A stretch of DNA of 63,530 bases, filler included, from Rhabdomonas costata (taxonomy: Eukaryota): NCBI GenBank assembly GCA_019059605.1. It is 45 parts of 45 records of this genome, joined end to end, with 100 filler letters (N's around TTAATTAATTAA, not from the genome) between each part and the next. Parts side by side here need not be neighbours in the genome. Positions count along the whole stretch, not along the records: positions 1 to 1,315 come from JAHMHO010019687.1; positions 1,416 to 2,730 come from JAHMHO010019688.1; positions 2,831 to 4,146 come from JAHMHO010019689.1; positions 4,247 to 5,561 come from JAHMHO010019690.1; positions 5,662 to 6,976 come from JAHMHO010019691.1; positions 7,077 to 8,391 come from JAHMHO010019692.1; positions 8,492 to 9,806 come from JAHMHO010019693.1; positions 9,907 to 11,221 come from JAHMHO010019694.1; 37 more parts are not named here. One strand, written 5' to 3'. The notes below the pieces were generated by a model, which was not told where the DNA came from, ran no database searches, and worked only from the letters and a program-made list of their open reading frames with translations. Shown piece after piece: positions 1 to 11,972 of the stretch. How positions within the stretch are numbered: position 1 is the first letter of the stretch; each line of letters opens with the position of its first letter. The position numbers and the translations under genes were made by a program.

Positions 1-827
1 GGGTGTGGGGGGGTGCTGTCCCCATTTTCGGCTTTTGACCTATACTCCTTCATCCGCGGAGATTCTGGGGGTCGGAATTGGTTGCCTCTTCTTTCCGGTC
101 ACCACTGACCTTTGTGGAGGGCCCCTGGGGTGAATACCCCTGTGTGCGTTTGTGTGCTCGCGCGTGGGACGCGGGAGCGTGTTTATGGGACGGGTGTGGA
201 ACGACATAGTTCTGCAAGCTGTGAGCACCCGTGCAAGTTACCGGAATGTCCGAATGTGCAAGGGAGTGCCGAGAATGAGCTGGGTCACGGGAAGAAAGTG
301 TCACAAGTAAAGGGTTACATGTTAGGGTTTTGGTCTTAGGAATACATGCTTCAAAGGGTTCAAAAGCAATTTAAATCGACTACAAGAAATGCACGGCACT
401 GTCACAAAGTACACAAAAAAGCCAACAGAACCCGGAAAAACGCGAGCAAGGCGGGGGGACCACCAAAGGCAATCTTATTTCCTCTCCAAATTTAAACTCA
501 CTCAACTTAATTAAACGTAATTTTATCATAGCGAAAATGCACGGCACTGCTTCACCACGCTGAATTGTCCATCGGGATTGCAAACAGGAAACAGAATAAA
601 CAGGAGGTGCGTAGAACGGCCTCTATTTCTGCACGCAACAATCAGAGCAACCAAGACGTGGGCGGCAGAAAGGAAGACTTCAGACCACGCAAAATCTAAA
701 CGCCTGTGTGTGTGGAGGTGGATTTCTAGCTTCCTCGCTCCTTTTTTTGCTTACCTTTCTGAGATTGTGGGTACACGGGGGGACGTGCATCGAGAGCGAG
801 TGTGTGTCTGGTTGCGTTAGACAGTGC

Positions 828-974
828 CTGGCAGTTCTGGATCAGGAAGAGGTTGTTCTCCTCGATGTCCATGAAGATGCTGAGGATCCTCTCAGGGTCG
901 GTGAAGTACATCGGCACGATGTCTGGGTCCAGAACGTTCAGTTCCGCGGCCACAACTTCGTCTGGGAGATCCTC
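828..974 (-). CDS. CFAP100: Exon of CFAP100/CCDC37-CCDC38-like flagellar coiled-coil protein
   Basis: EDLPDEVVAAELNVLDPDIVPMYFTDPERILSIFMDIEENNLFLIQNCQ matches the family motif LYFTDPxQLLxIFxxLEExNLFLIQNxQ. Acceptor ttctccag|GAG, 49 codons, probable GC donor at 827. Confidence 0.75.
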
Positions 975-1315
975 CTGGAGAATCACACGGCAAGGCAATG
1001 CGGATGTCTCCGAGAAAAGACGGGACCGACACTTCGTCATTGAGGCCACCATCAAGCGGATACGCTTTCTGTTATTTTCGCCTTCCCTCCCTTACCTTGT
1101 AGCTGTTGCCGCACTCCTGCTTATTGACGAGGGACAATTATTACCACCAGATGCACTGGAAGCAGGTTTTGAGAGGTTGCTTGTCTCAAACTCCCCGAAC
1201 CCTGCGGCATTGAAAACCGGGACTGGGTAAAGCATTTGCATACAGCGCACAAAGCGGAAGAAAGTCGAGCAAAAAAGGCCGGAGGCGGGCGGTGAAAAAC
1301 AACCAATCCCCATTC

Positions 1316-1415
1316 NNNNNNNNNNNNNNNNNNNNNNNNNNNNNNNNNNNNNNNNNNNNTTAATTAATTAANNNNNNNNNNNNNNNNNNNNNNNNNNNNN
1401 NNNNNNNNNNNNNNN
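1316..1415. other. Artificial contig-joining spacer (first of 44): 44 N + TTAATTAATTAA + 44 N
   Basis: The same 100-nt block recurs about every 1414 nt. TTAATTAATTAA gives stops in all six frames. Contig lengths are near uniform (~1312-1316 nt), as expected for length-sorted concatenation. Confidence 0.99.
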
Positions 1416-4329
1416 CTCCTCCCGTTTTCTTATTGAAGTTTAAAAGTGCACCCATGGCATAGCCATCACCGGTTTTTGCCTGCTCAGGGGAACATACATA
1501 AGCTGAAACTTCGACGTCGGAAAGGCAATCAGGGCGAATGTTTTACTTTCAGCTGGCGGAACATCATCGCATTGCGGGAATTCCTTATCAATTTTTTTAG
1601 AGTGGTGGTTACTCTCGAGTTAACCAAACGCGCGCGAGTAAGTGAAACTAGACAGCAAAATGGGACACGTCAGTCAGTGGCACACACGAGCACATGACAA
1701 CAGCAGCAAAATGCGTCATGTTGTGATCGAGAATAATCGGGAGAGCGATTTATTTGAGAGGCCCCCTCTTCCCCACCACGCGCGCACACACACTTGGTCT
1801 GCTCCTGCCCCGCGCAGTCACTGACTACCACCAACCCCAGCTGATGCAGACAAAGGTGACGCATCCGCACGGCAAACAGCAGCTTTCCTGCGAGGAGCAC
1901 GAGGATGCAGGCAGGCACACACAGAGGGAGAATGTATGCACGCCCTCTTCTGCCCTTCCATTCACAAGAGTTGCTGCGTTTCCCAGCAAAAACTTTTTCT
2001 TGTTTTTTCGGGGTGGAAACGGAAATAACACAGCGGGCAAAGGGGCGTACGCAGGTGGGGGTGGGCAACTGCCACACAATCTACGGTGGCGATAAGGCAG
2101 GTAAAACAACAGCAAGTTTTAGCAGTGGGAGTAGGAACGGTGCGGAGGGGAGATCGTCATCAAAACACATCGTGCAAGGGAGCGTCCTCAACCCCACACC
2201 CACTCCGACTGCGACGCGGCGCTATGCTCGGTCCCAGGTCCCCTGACAAAATTAGGTCCTACTTGACGCCAAACACAAACGGTCATACCGAGATGACATG
2301 ACAGGGGTAGGGAAAGGTGAGGAAAGTGCGACCCATACGGCAAGCGGCAGCCTTGAACCCACTCACCACCACAGACCTGCAGTGCAGACCACCGCACGCT
2401 GGCCCACCAATAGCTGCGCCATAATGCCCTCCTTCGGGTGGGCAGTCTATGCGAAGAGGTGACAGCACGAGACGCTCAGCTTTCACGGACGAGCACGGGA
2501 GAAAAGGACAAGGGAACGAAGCGGCGAGTAACCCTGTGAACCCCTCCACGTTGCCATCAGACGTCTCTTTTCGCTTTTTACGGCACCTGACATTCAGCCG
2601 AGATGGGCGAGGAAACATCGGTGCGTACCGAAGACCGAAGTGCTGTAAAGTAGTGATGATATATCAGTGCAAATAACGGTTCAGTGGATCAAATGACTGG
2701 CGATCGATGATCCAATATTTCCCCTCAAAANNNNNNNNNNNNNNNNNNNNNNNNNNNNNNNNNNNNNNNNNNNNTTAATTAATTAANNNNNNNNNNNNNN
2801 NNNNNNNNNNNNNNNNNNNNNNNNNNNNNNGGGTGTTGGGGGGGACTCCACCAGAGCTGCTCCCAGGACAGCGCCCTATCTGGTGGTTTTCACGAGCGAC
2901 TTTGGTGGCCCAGATGCGGAAGAAGGCGTGTACTGCGCGGGCGAACCTTTGCAGACTACGTGTGTACTCTGCAACCGTGCAGAGACTGCTGCGAGGAAGG
3001 CGCGTCCTGCCCCGCTCGCAGAACCTGGGCGTGTACTGTGCGGGCCTGGGACCGTGAGAGAGCCAAGGCGATTCACAACCGCTCGTACTCCACCAACCTA
3101 ACCAGCGGAGACTTCCTCCAGGTCAGGTCAGGGTAGGTGTTGGGGGGCCGTTTCCACCTCCGCCACATGGAGGCTCCCCCATCCGACTTCGGATTAAGGT
3201 GACGACCCGCAACCAGGAGCCGTGACCATGGTGGCCATTAAGGCATGAAAGAAGCAGGTGAACCGGAAGGGGAGGAAGCCAGACGTCGAAACAGAACTGG
3301 AAGGGGAAAAACTACGTTATTAGGTTAGGAGGAGTTCAGGAGTGGTGCTCGGACGACCAGACACGCGCAAATCCAATCGTGTACCGAAATCTTTGCTCAA
3401 AGAAAAAGAGCGTACTCAGCAGGCCTCGTGTTTCAAAGGAACGTATGCCGCGGGGTACACAATCAGTCACAAACCTCCAGAAACTGAATTTCATCCACGT
3501 TGGTCGCGAACACGGGACAGTCCGGAGAGATGTCTGGGATGACCTGTGTGTGGAACAATGGGAGAAGACACTCACCAGTCGACCACGTCACCTCAGCAAT
3601 TTTTTGAGGGCTTCTGATTCTTCCCCGAAAATTCGCGAGTTATAACCGACCCAAAAAATTAAAAGTACCCGTGAAGCGGGGTCGCACCACCACAACAGAA
3701 CCGTGCCTAATTCAACCGGGTTCGACTCTGCAGGCACACAACCGTGAACACCAATCAAGCCTATGCGGTGTGCGACTCTGGGATCCATTAGAACCACATT
3801 TGTGTTACATATCACCAGAGAGCTTGACACTGCACCTGAAGTCACTGGCTGGTTGGCTGGCGATGACCATTGTTTTCGGCTGTTTACTGGGGGAAAGTGC
3901 CACAGGCAGGGTCTCTTTGCCACGAGGATTTCACCCAAAAAGATCCTCCTCCTCCACCATCGATACCACCATTACCACCATACCGTGGCCCCGCGCAGTG
4001 GTAATGCATACCGCACGTGCTCTACAACGCGTCTCTCACATGCAGGTGCACCTCGGCGCATTTCCGGCCACCTCGATTGCCCGGTGCCGTGCCGCCCTCG
4101 CGAAGCTCAGCCTGCTGCCGGCCCACCACCCCCAAACACACCCACANNNNNNNNNNNNNNNNNNNNNNNNNNNNNNNNNNNNNNNNNNNNTTAATTAATT
4201 AANNNNNNNNNNNNNNNNNNNNNNNNNNNNNNNNNNNNNNNNNNNNTGTGTTAGGTGTGTATGGGTGGTTTTGTTACAGTCGTTTGCGTTGGAAAGTTGG
4301 GACATTCCTAGAGGACCACGAGAGAGTGC

Positions 4330-5520
4330 CTCCTCGGTAGTGGAAGGAATAAATGTCGTCGCCGCGGGTGGCGGCACCTGCGCTCGGAAGAAGTAGCCCC
4401 TTCTCGGGAGCTTTCCAAACCTAGCGGTGGTGCTGGCGCAGGGTTCTGTGCACATGGGGGGGGGGGCGGACTCGCGGAATCCAAGCAGTTTATCCGTCGA
4501 AAGAGATAAACCTCTTCCCCTGGGAACGAATGTCCATTTCGGCCGACTATTTGCCCTTTTGGTTTTTCTTCTGCATTGGGTTGCCTCAATCGAGGTCCAG
4601 CCTTCAACTGCCCGTGGCTTTTGCTTGCGTGGGCTGCATCCCTGCCAGTGGTGGCTTGGTGTCCTCGCCAGCAACACTTTGTATTGACGTTGTGGTGATT
4701 CTTGTGGCAGCCTGAGTGGTGTACAGTTGTGCGTGTGCCGCAGCAGGATGGACGACTCAGTACTTCGTACTTCGTACTTCGCTGAATTCTGCGGTCGCTC
4801 CGAGTTTGAAGCAGAAGTGGAGCTTGTTAACCTCGAACAGGACAAAATTGGGCAATGCCAACTGCTTCTGGTCCATATATTTGCCTTCTGCGATGCACGG
4901 GGACTTGGTACACTTGGCACACGACACCCCCGTTCCTGTGTCAGACTGGGGCTCGGTAAAGCCCGTTTTGGGGACCCCAATTGGCTCGGATGCGGCCATC
5001 TCCCAATTCCTCAGCGAGGTTCAGTCCAAACATCATGGATTACTGCAGCGACTGGCAAAGTTCCCTGATCCTCAGGTTGCAATGAGTTTGTTTGGGGGCG
5101 CAGAAGATCAATCATCTTCTGCGCCTGCTGTGGTCCCCCATCTGCAGTGCTTTCGCTGACGAGACTGAGCAACTCCGGTCCACTCCAGCATCCTGGGAAC
5201 CTGTCTGCCGGATGCCGCGTGGAAGTGCTGTCTTCCCATTCGTCTCTGGAGGGTTCGGCATTCAAATTCCTTCCCTGACCCACAGTGCCGCCTACTTCTC
5301 TTCGGCTTTGGCCGACTACTCGGGAGCGTTCTCCACGGTAAGTGAATCGTCTCCTTTTGCACAGCTGTCCCGGAAATTGCGAATATTGTCGGCCTCCTCG
5401 TGGACACAGAAGTCCAGGTTCAGGGTCGGGAACGACCGGCGGACCTCCTGCTGTCACATTGGACTCGCGGGCGAGATAACGCTGTTGAACCAACCATCAC
5501 GCACAGCTTATCCTTCACAC
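4330..5520 (+). mobile_element. Degenerate CRE/SLACS-type non-LTR retrotransposon, RT and post-RT region
   Basis: Frameshifted pieces: FGRLFAL, SRMDDSVL (YxDD-like), VLGTPIGSDAAISQFL...LLQRLAKFPDPQVAM, QKINHLLR, FPFVSGGFGI (LPxxxGGLG-like). These are typical of CRE-clade elements. Boundaries approximate. Confidence 0.75.
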
Positions 5521-7275
5521 CAGTGGGATGCACGCCACCCACCCCCCCAAACACACCCACANNNNNNNNNNNNNNNNNNNNNNNNNNNNNNNNNNNNNNN
5601 NNNNNTTAATTAATTAANNNNNNNNNNNNNNNNNNNNNNNNNNNNNNNNNNNNNNNNNNNNACGTCACTTCCTGTGGAAGAGACTTATGGTGGGGAGGAG
5701 TTTGCTGCAGGGCCCTTCGGACGAGTGTGCTGGTGCATGTCTGCTGCCTTGAAAGATGAATTTAAACATTGTGGATGGCTTGCACAAAAAAGTTGTGGTG
5801 GTCTCCCGTTAATATGTTTGTGTGCGGATGCGCAATGTGCCACGGCCTTGATTTTGTACAGGAGTTGTCTGGTTCTGTGCCTGTGGAGATGCCTGTTTAG
5901 CAAAGCTGCTTCCACGGCTACTGTAGCTCTGGACTGTGTAGCCTCTGGGCACTCTTCCAGGCTCATTTTTTGCGGCTCCGTTTGCCTCTTGTCTAACGTT
6001 GGAAAGTTCTTTTCTTTTTTTCTTGCAGAGATGACCTCGCCTTTGTCTTTCCTTTGTCGTATCCATCGAGGATTCTGTGGCTTTTGCGTGCTGCAGTCTT
6101 CCTACTTTGAGGTATTCCTTCCCTCTCTGCGTACATTGTACCCAGCAGGGCCTGCTTCATTTTCTCTTTCAGAGCATTGCATTCTTTTTCAAACATGCAG
6201 TGGACTGCGTGTGGGCGTGCCAGCGTGCGACCGCCTGCCCAGTGTACTTGGTGCAGCTGCGGCTCAGTGCATTCCCAGATGCTTGCAAAGCAGGAGGTGG
6301 GCTACCATAGGCATTGAAGTCAGGAAGCAGCAAGCGGCTGGGTCTCAAAAATACCTGGCAGACTCACTTTAACCGAGGAAACGCAGTGCATGCCTGTGTT
6401 GTGAAACCTCTGCAGGTCAAAGAGATAAAGCCAGAGGAGAGGTGAACGGACGAACGCGCAGGGTGCCGCCCAGATCGAGCCCACTGTTTTCTTCAAATGT
6501 GGAAAGCAGAGTTTACGAAAGTTTGTTTCAACGGAGAAAGTATTTAAGGGGTTAACGAACATATTCCCTTTTCGATGGACACCAATCCTTGGCGTGTTCC
6601 CCACCCCCAGCGCTATTTATGCGACAGTGATGCAGCCTTCACGTTTCTTGGTTGCTGGTTACACCTGCTCTCCCTTCCTCTCTTTTTGATGCAGCACGGG
6701 AAAATTCTTTTCGTTTCTGTTGCTGTGTTTTTATTTTGTTCTGTTGTGAAATTTCTGAGATGGATGCAGCCGCCATCTCAAATGGTGAATCAGTTCCAGC
6801 ACCTTCACTGATTGCTGTTGAGAGTATCCCTCAAACCGGGAGCGAGCAAGGTTTTCCCTCTACTTCTTTCTCATTACATAAATCACATAAGCGCTGATGA
6901 TTTTTGATCAACTGGCACCTTCTGACTCATCTTCTCTGGCAGCGAAATGTGGCGCTATTCGCCACCCCCCCCACACNNNNNNNNNNNNNNNNNNNNNNNN
7001 NNNNNNNNNNNNNNNNNNNNTTAATTAATTAANNNNNNNNNNNNNNNNNNNNNNNNNNNNNNNNNNNNNNNNNNNNTTGTGTTTCAACTAGCGCAGCCAC
7101 GGACTCTCGTTGGTCTCGAAGATGAGGCCCAGCTTTCTCTCTCCTTGCGGTGCTGAAACTCAAAAGTTGATGCGTGCGTGGGTATTTACTGCGAGCTCGC
7201 GGTCGCTGAAATTTTGATATTTATCCCTTCCTATTCCGTTTTTTTCTGTTTCCCCCTGGACTCTGTCTCTCTCAG

Positions 7276-8225
7276 GTCAACTGCTTTGCCGCCTTCGCAT
7301 GGGAGGGTGGTGGTGAAGATTGCGAAGGCGCTTCAGACCCAGGTTGGCTTTTCCGCGGAGGCGACGGTAATGTGCGAGCTGATGGTGCTCAGCCGGCTTA
7401 ATGTGCTGCAGTCCTTTGTGTCACTGGTCGACTTCGTCGTGTGCCCCAGCCTCAACCATGGGCTGAACCTCCAGCAGGCCACCGTGGCGCTTGGGAAGAG
7501 TGCGAAGAAGCCGCGAATCGTCAAGGTTCCGCTTGCGCGTTTTCTGTGGAGCTTCTTATGCAGCGCTTTTCTGACTCCTGCCTGAGCCCGTGTCACTCCA
7601 CCCCTGTCTTGGCCGACCCGCAGGATGCTATTAACTGGGGTAGCTTTGTGATCTCGGAGCTGGTCCCGCGACTTCAGATGGACGCTGTCCCTGCCTCCAT
7701 ATTATTTGAGGTGTGTTTTAGTTCGGGCGAACGAAGGATTCGGAGGATGGGGCAACAATGGGAAATCAGGGTGAAACGGTTTGCACGTTGCAGTTCAATT
7801 TGGTGGGCAAAATTCTTCAGAATCCAAAGTTTTTGCCGTCATTTTTATCTGCGAGGGTGGGAAGTGTTCAAGTTTGAAAAATTGCTCGGACTGCATACGT
7901 GATTTTCAATAACTTGACCTATCCCAGACAAATTAGTTGAATTTTGTCATGTTCTCCGCCGAACTGTAGTGCCCTTTTTTTTCGCCGGTTTTTGTTTCCT
8001 TGTCGTACGACGGCTTTTGTTGTGTGCTTTTGGCACATTGCACCAGAGCGAGAAATCCAGTCTTTCAAAAATTTTGCCCCAAGATTAATTTTGTTCCAGA
8101 ATCTCAATTCCTGCGTGATCTAAGGCTGCGTTCACCGTGCTAGCGATCCCGGTTGTGGTGAACATCGACCCCATGGACGTGGCGGTGAAGCACTGGCACA
8201 CCCTGCCCACCACAGCCTACCGGAG
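7276..8225 (+). CDS. Three exons (7276-7525, 7624-7662, 8125-8225) of a putative atypical, possibly haspin-like, protein kinase N-lobe
   Basis: GT-AG bounded, phase-compatible exons giving ...GRVVVKIAK...ATVMCELMVLSRLN...SFVSLVDF...TTAYR. VxxK and the helix-C Glu resemble kinase subdomains II-III. The catalytic loop is not in the contig. Confidence 0.4.
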
Positions 8226-8499
8226 GTACTCGGCGGCCCCCCTTCCCGCTGCCTCCTCCCCTGTATGCCCTGGGAAGGAAACCTTGCCGCAGAAAAGCCA
8301 TCCAAGGTCCTCAACGGCATCACACCAGACTTGAAAAATATTAAGGGTTGGGTAATTCAGTAAAACCTCATTTGGTTGCGGGACGGTTGCANNNNNNNNN
8401 NNNNNNNNNNNNNNNNNNNNNNNNNNNNNNNNNNNTTAATTAATTAANNNNNNNNNNNNNNNNNNNNNNNNNNNNNNNNNNNNNNNNNNNNGGGTTTTG

Positions 8500-8684
8500 G
8501 GTTATTCAGTGTGGCTTCTCCAGGAAGAGCATGCAATTTGTTTGGAGTCTTCCCCACAAAAAAGTCGTCCCGGCCAAGTGCACAAAGTGTGTGTGTGCAG
8601 GGGGGGCGGGGAGCTGGTTGTACCTGCTGCGGATGCCTCCAAACAAATTGCATGCTCTTCCTGGAGAAGCCACACTGAATAACC
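8500..8684. repeat. Perfect 48-bp inverted repeat with 89-nt spacer
   Basis: 8500-8547 ggttattcagtgtggcttctccaggaagagcatgcaatttgtttggag is the exact reverse complement of 8637-8684. Confidence 0.95.
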
Positions 8685-8793
8685 TAAGAAACCAGTCAGC
8701 CTCTGTACTGTATAAAAAAGACACGTCCAAATGGGGTGCACAGCCAATCCGATGCCTTCCCCCAGGCTTTTTGTTTCTTTCTCCTGTGTTCAG

Positions 8794-8877
8794 ACATGCT
8801 TGGGGGGGACTCGGGAGCCGTTGCTGACGTAGCTGAGGGGCACGGCACTCACGTCGTGGGTTCCCTTCTTGGCGAAG
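8794..8877 (+). CDS. Exon of subtilisin-like (S8) serine protease, catalytic His motif
   Basis: DVAEGHGTHVVGSLLG matches the S8 motif HGTHVxG. Bounded by ttcag| and |gttcgt. Confidence 0.85.
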
Positions 8878-9906
8878 GTTCGTGTCTCCTCACCGACCAC
8901 TGGCTGCAGATATGTATGGGTACGCATTTCGTATGTGGTTGGTTCCCAGTGCTATGGCCCGCGTCACGTCATGAGTGAGAGTTGGAGCAGAAGCAGAATC
9001 TTGCCTGTCGAAGATGAACTCTGACCCTCAAAACCGGGTTTTTGATTGCTTTCAGTGGTGCTTTGTGAAGCTTGCTGGGCTCGTATGCCTCACACTGCCG
9101 CCACACAGCGTTTCATGGAAGGTAAGGTTACACCTCCGAAAATGGTATGCAACAGTGTTCCATTCTTTTTCTTTTCCAGTCTTGTTAGCATATTTAAATG
9201 CCGTTGTCTGGGGACATTATTGGTAATGCTACCGGATGGTTTTCTTGGTGGTGGGCCTAGAAACACATTTTGGTATGGGGTGCTTCGAACTGCTACCCTA
9301 CGGAAGGCGCGGTTTTCTTTGGGGGGGGGGGTGATTCCGTGCTTGCGTTGATCTTTGGAGCTATTTTTGAATTCTGTATAACTGGCTGTTTGTGGATACG
9401 CAGGCCACGCAAAGATAAAGGGATTAAACCCTGCCATGTGTTGTGGTGAAGTTCTGAAATTACGTTGTAACGTACTTTGCGACGGATTCGGCAATGTAGC
9501 GGAAGCCCCGGAAGCCAAAAAGCGCATGCTTGCTGGTGTCACTGGCAAAAAGGTGTAAAATACCGGCGGCACAAAAAAAATGAAGGGCACCACACCAACA
9601 ATGGACCATTGCTATTCCCAGCAGGAGCACCGTCACTGGTGCACTTTTGTTTTCAACCAAACTATCGCCCTTAAGGCCAAACGCTTCCGTTTGTTAACAT
9701 TTGTGAAACTGTTGCTTTGAGGTGGCGCGCGCAATATATCACGCTGTGCTCGAAACCTTTTCGCTTCTTCCCAATAAAAACCTAACCTGTTTCTCTCCAC
9801 AACCCCNNNNNNNNNNNNNNNNNNNNNNNNNNNNNNNNNNNNNNNNNNNNTTAATTAATTAANNNNNNNNNNNNNNNNNNNNNNNNNNNNNNNNNNNNNN
9901 NNNNNN

Positions 9907-11221
9907 GTGGGTGTGGCCTTGGGTTTCGTGATGTGAGGGTCTGAGGGTTCTTGTTTCGAGGCGTAGGGTTCATGGTGCGATGTCAAGCTGAGTGTGTTGG
10001 TGGTGTGGTGATGTCAGGGTTTCACGTTCTTGTTTCCTGGGTTCGTGTCTCGGGGTCTGGGTTTTTGCGTCTCAGGGTCTCAAGGTGTGGTGTTTCGTGT
10101 CCATGGCTGTGTCAGTGCTTTGTGTGTCAGAGGGTGTTTCATGAAGCGTAGGGTTTGGGGGTGTGAGTTTCGAGGTTTCGTGTTTCAGGGTCTGAGGGTC
10201 AAAGGGAGGTGTGATGTGCGTATTCTTGACGGCTGTAGCATGGTGTGAGTGTTTCTGGTGACGTGGGTTGAGGGTTGAGGGTCTGAGGGTTGGAGGGAGG
10301 GAGTGTCTCGATGTCAAGCTGAGTCGTAGGGTGGTTGTCAGGGGGTCACGGTTCGTAGGGTGGTTGGTGTGAGGGTTTCAGGCTTCGAGGGTGAGGGTCA
10401 GTGGTGAGTTAGGGCGTAAGGTGAGGTATCAGCATGACTATGAGTGAAGAATGCAGTAACTCAGCATGACTGTAGGGGAAGAAAGAACCCACGTAAGAGA
10501 GAAAGATGACCCTCTACTACGGCATGTCGACAAGCACCATGCCTTCGTGCTGCCTTGACCTCCGAACCCAACCCTTAACCTTCAACCTTCACCCTCTCTT
10601 GGTATTCCCGGACGGAGCACTCGATAGGACGTGAGAGTGCGTAGTGACACGTACACGCGAGGAACCCAACACGGAGAGCATGGTTGATGAAGATGGAGAG
10701 CATGGTTAACAGGGAGCATGGTTGACACACACGGCATGGTTGATCGAGAGCATGGTTGAGAGGGAGCAAGGTTGACAGGGAGCATGGTTGCATCGACAGT
10801 AACGTAAAGGAAGCGCAAGAGACACAAAGAGACAGGATGCACACGACTACGCTCGAAACAGAAGCCCACAGCAAGGACAGCACACAGACCCAGCACGCAC
10901 CAACAACGCCACCAACAACGCCTCGACATCACACCATGAACCCTACGTACCAAGCCCAACACACTCTGACCCTGACCCTCCACACCAACACCCTCCGACC
11001 CTGACATCCTGACACCTGACCCACCACACCACCAGCATCGACACACCCAACATCCCGACATCCTCACCCTCCCTCCAACACAAAACCCTGAAACGCGAAA
11101 ACCACCACACGTCACACCCCAAGACCCTCACTCCAACATCACATCAGCAACACACTCAGCTTGACATCACGAGACCTGACACCCACACCCTCCACAGAAC
11201 CCAACTTCCGACACACGAACC
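9907..11221. repeat. Low-complexity satellite contig: G/T-rich left arm, C/A-rich right arm, degenerate (T)GAGGGT units
   Basis: Strand skew inverts in mid-contig. 9979-9999 gatgtcaagctgagtgtgttg is the reverse complement of 11148-11168, with a further partial copy near 10310. Confidence 0.8.
10674..10792 (+). repeat. Minisatellite of 7 GAGCATGGTT-like cores with short variable spacers
   Basis: The core (ga)gcatggtt recurs every ~15-22 nt, one copy reading gagcaaggtt. Confidence 0.85.
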
Positions 11222-11328
11222 NNNNNNNNNNNNNNNNNNNNNNNNNNNNNNNNNNNNNNNNNNNNTTAATTAATTAANNNNNNNNNNNNNNNNNNNNNNN
11301 NNNNNNNNNNNNNNNNNNNNNGTGTTGG

Positions 11329-11403
<75 letters not shown>
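11329..11403 (+). repeat. (GTCGTT)n microsatellite, about 12 copies
   Basis: Read directly from the sequence. Confidence 0.97.
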
Positions 11404-11404
<1 letters not shown>

Positions 11405-11770
11405 TTGCCTTGCACGAGGTGCGCATTGTTTGGCTGCCTGAACAGGACCTGGGCGAACGAGTTGGAATACATCGAAGTTGTATCACTTCACGTTCTCAAC
11501 CATGTGTTCAAGTGTGTCGCGCTTTTCGCAGGTTCATTTTATTGCTGTTTTGGAATTGTCATCACCTTATTTTTAGTATTTGGTTTGAGTGTATACAGTG
11601 TATTGCAGTAGTATGAGTATCGCATCCAAGAGGTACAAATACTCGTCGCATCAAGGGAGACCCACAGATACCGAATCATCGGGTTTTCACCAAGCGCAGA
11701 ACTCCCGCACTGCGCTTAGTGATCATCATGACTTCATTTCTATATTATCGCAATGTTGTGCCTGCTCACA

Positions 11771-11972
11771 GAACGAAGGAGATGATTTTGCTGCACAACA
11801 AAATGTTGGATATCGGCAAGCTTCGGCTGGCTGCCCTCAAGCTGCACCAAAGCGCTTCCCGCGCCCGCAAGTCTCAGAAAGCCCCCACGCCTGGGTCGGC
11901 GTCTGGCCAGGCGCCTCTCCCTCTGGGTGCGCAGAACTTGTACACAAAGTATCGCAAGCTTTCTCCACTGCA
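11771..11972 (+). CDS. Probable exon of unknown protein
   Basis: ctcacag| TKEMILLHNKMLDIGKLRLAALKLHQS...LYTKYRKLSPLQ |gtatgt. Open frame with splice-like ends, no recognisable domain. Confidence 0.35.

Noticed and set aside
3860..4130. Degenerate zinc-finger/ORF1 fragment (CFRLFTGGKCHRQG...)
   Set aside because: Needs frameshifts to complete the motif and has no supporting context.
10674..10792. CRISPR array
   Set aside because: Repeats of ~10 nt and spacers under ~12 nt are far too short, there are no cas genes, and the context is eukaryotic.
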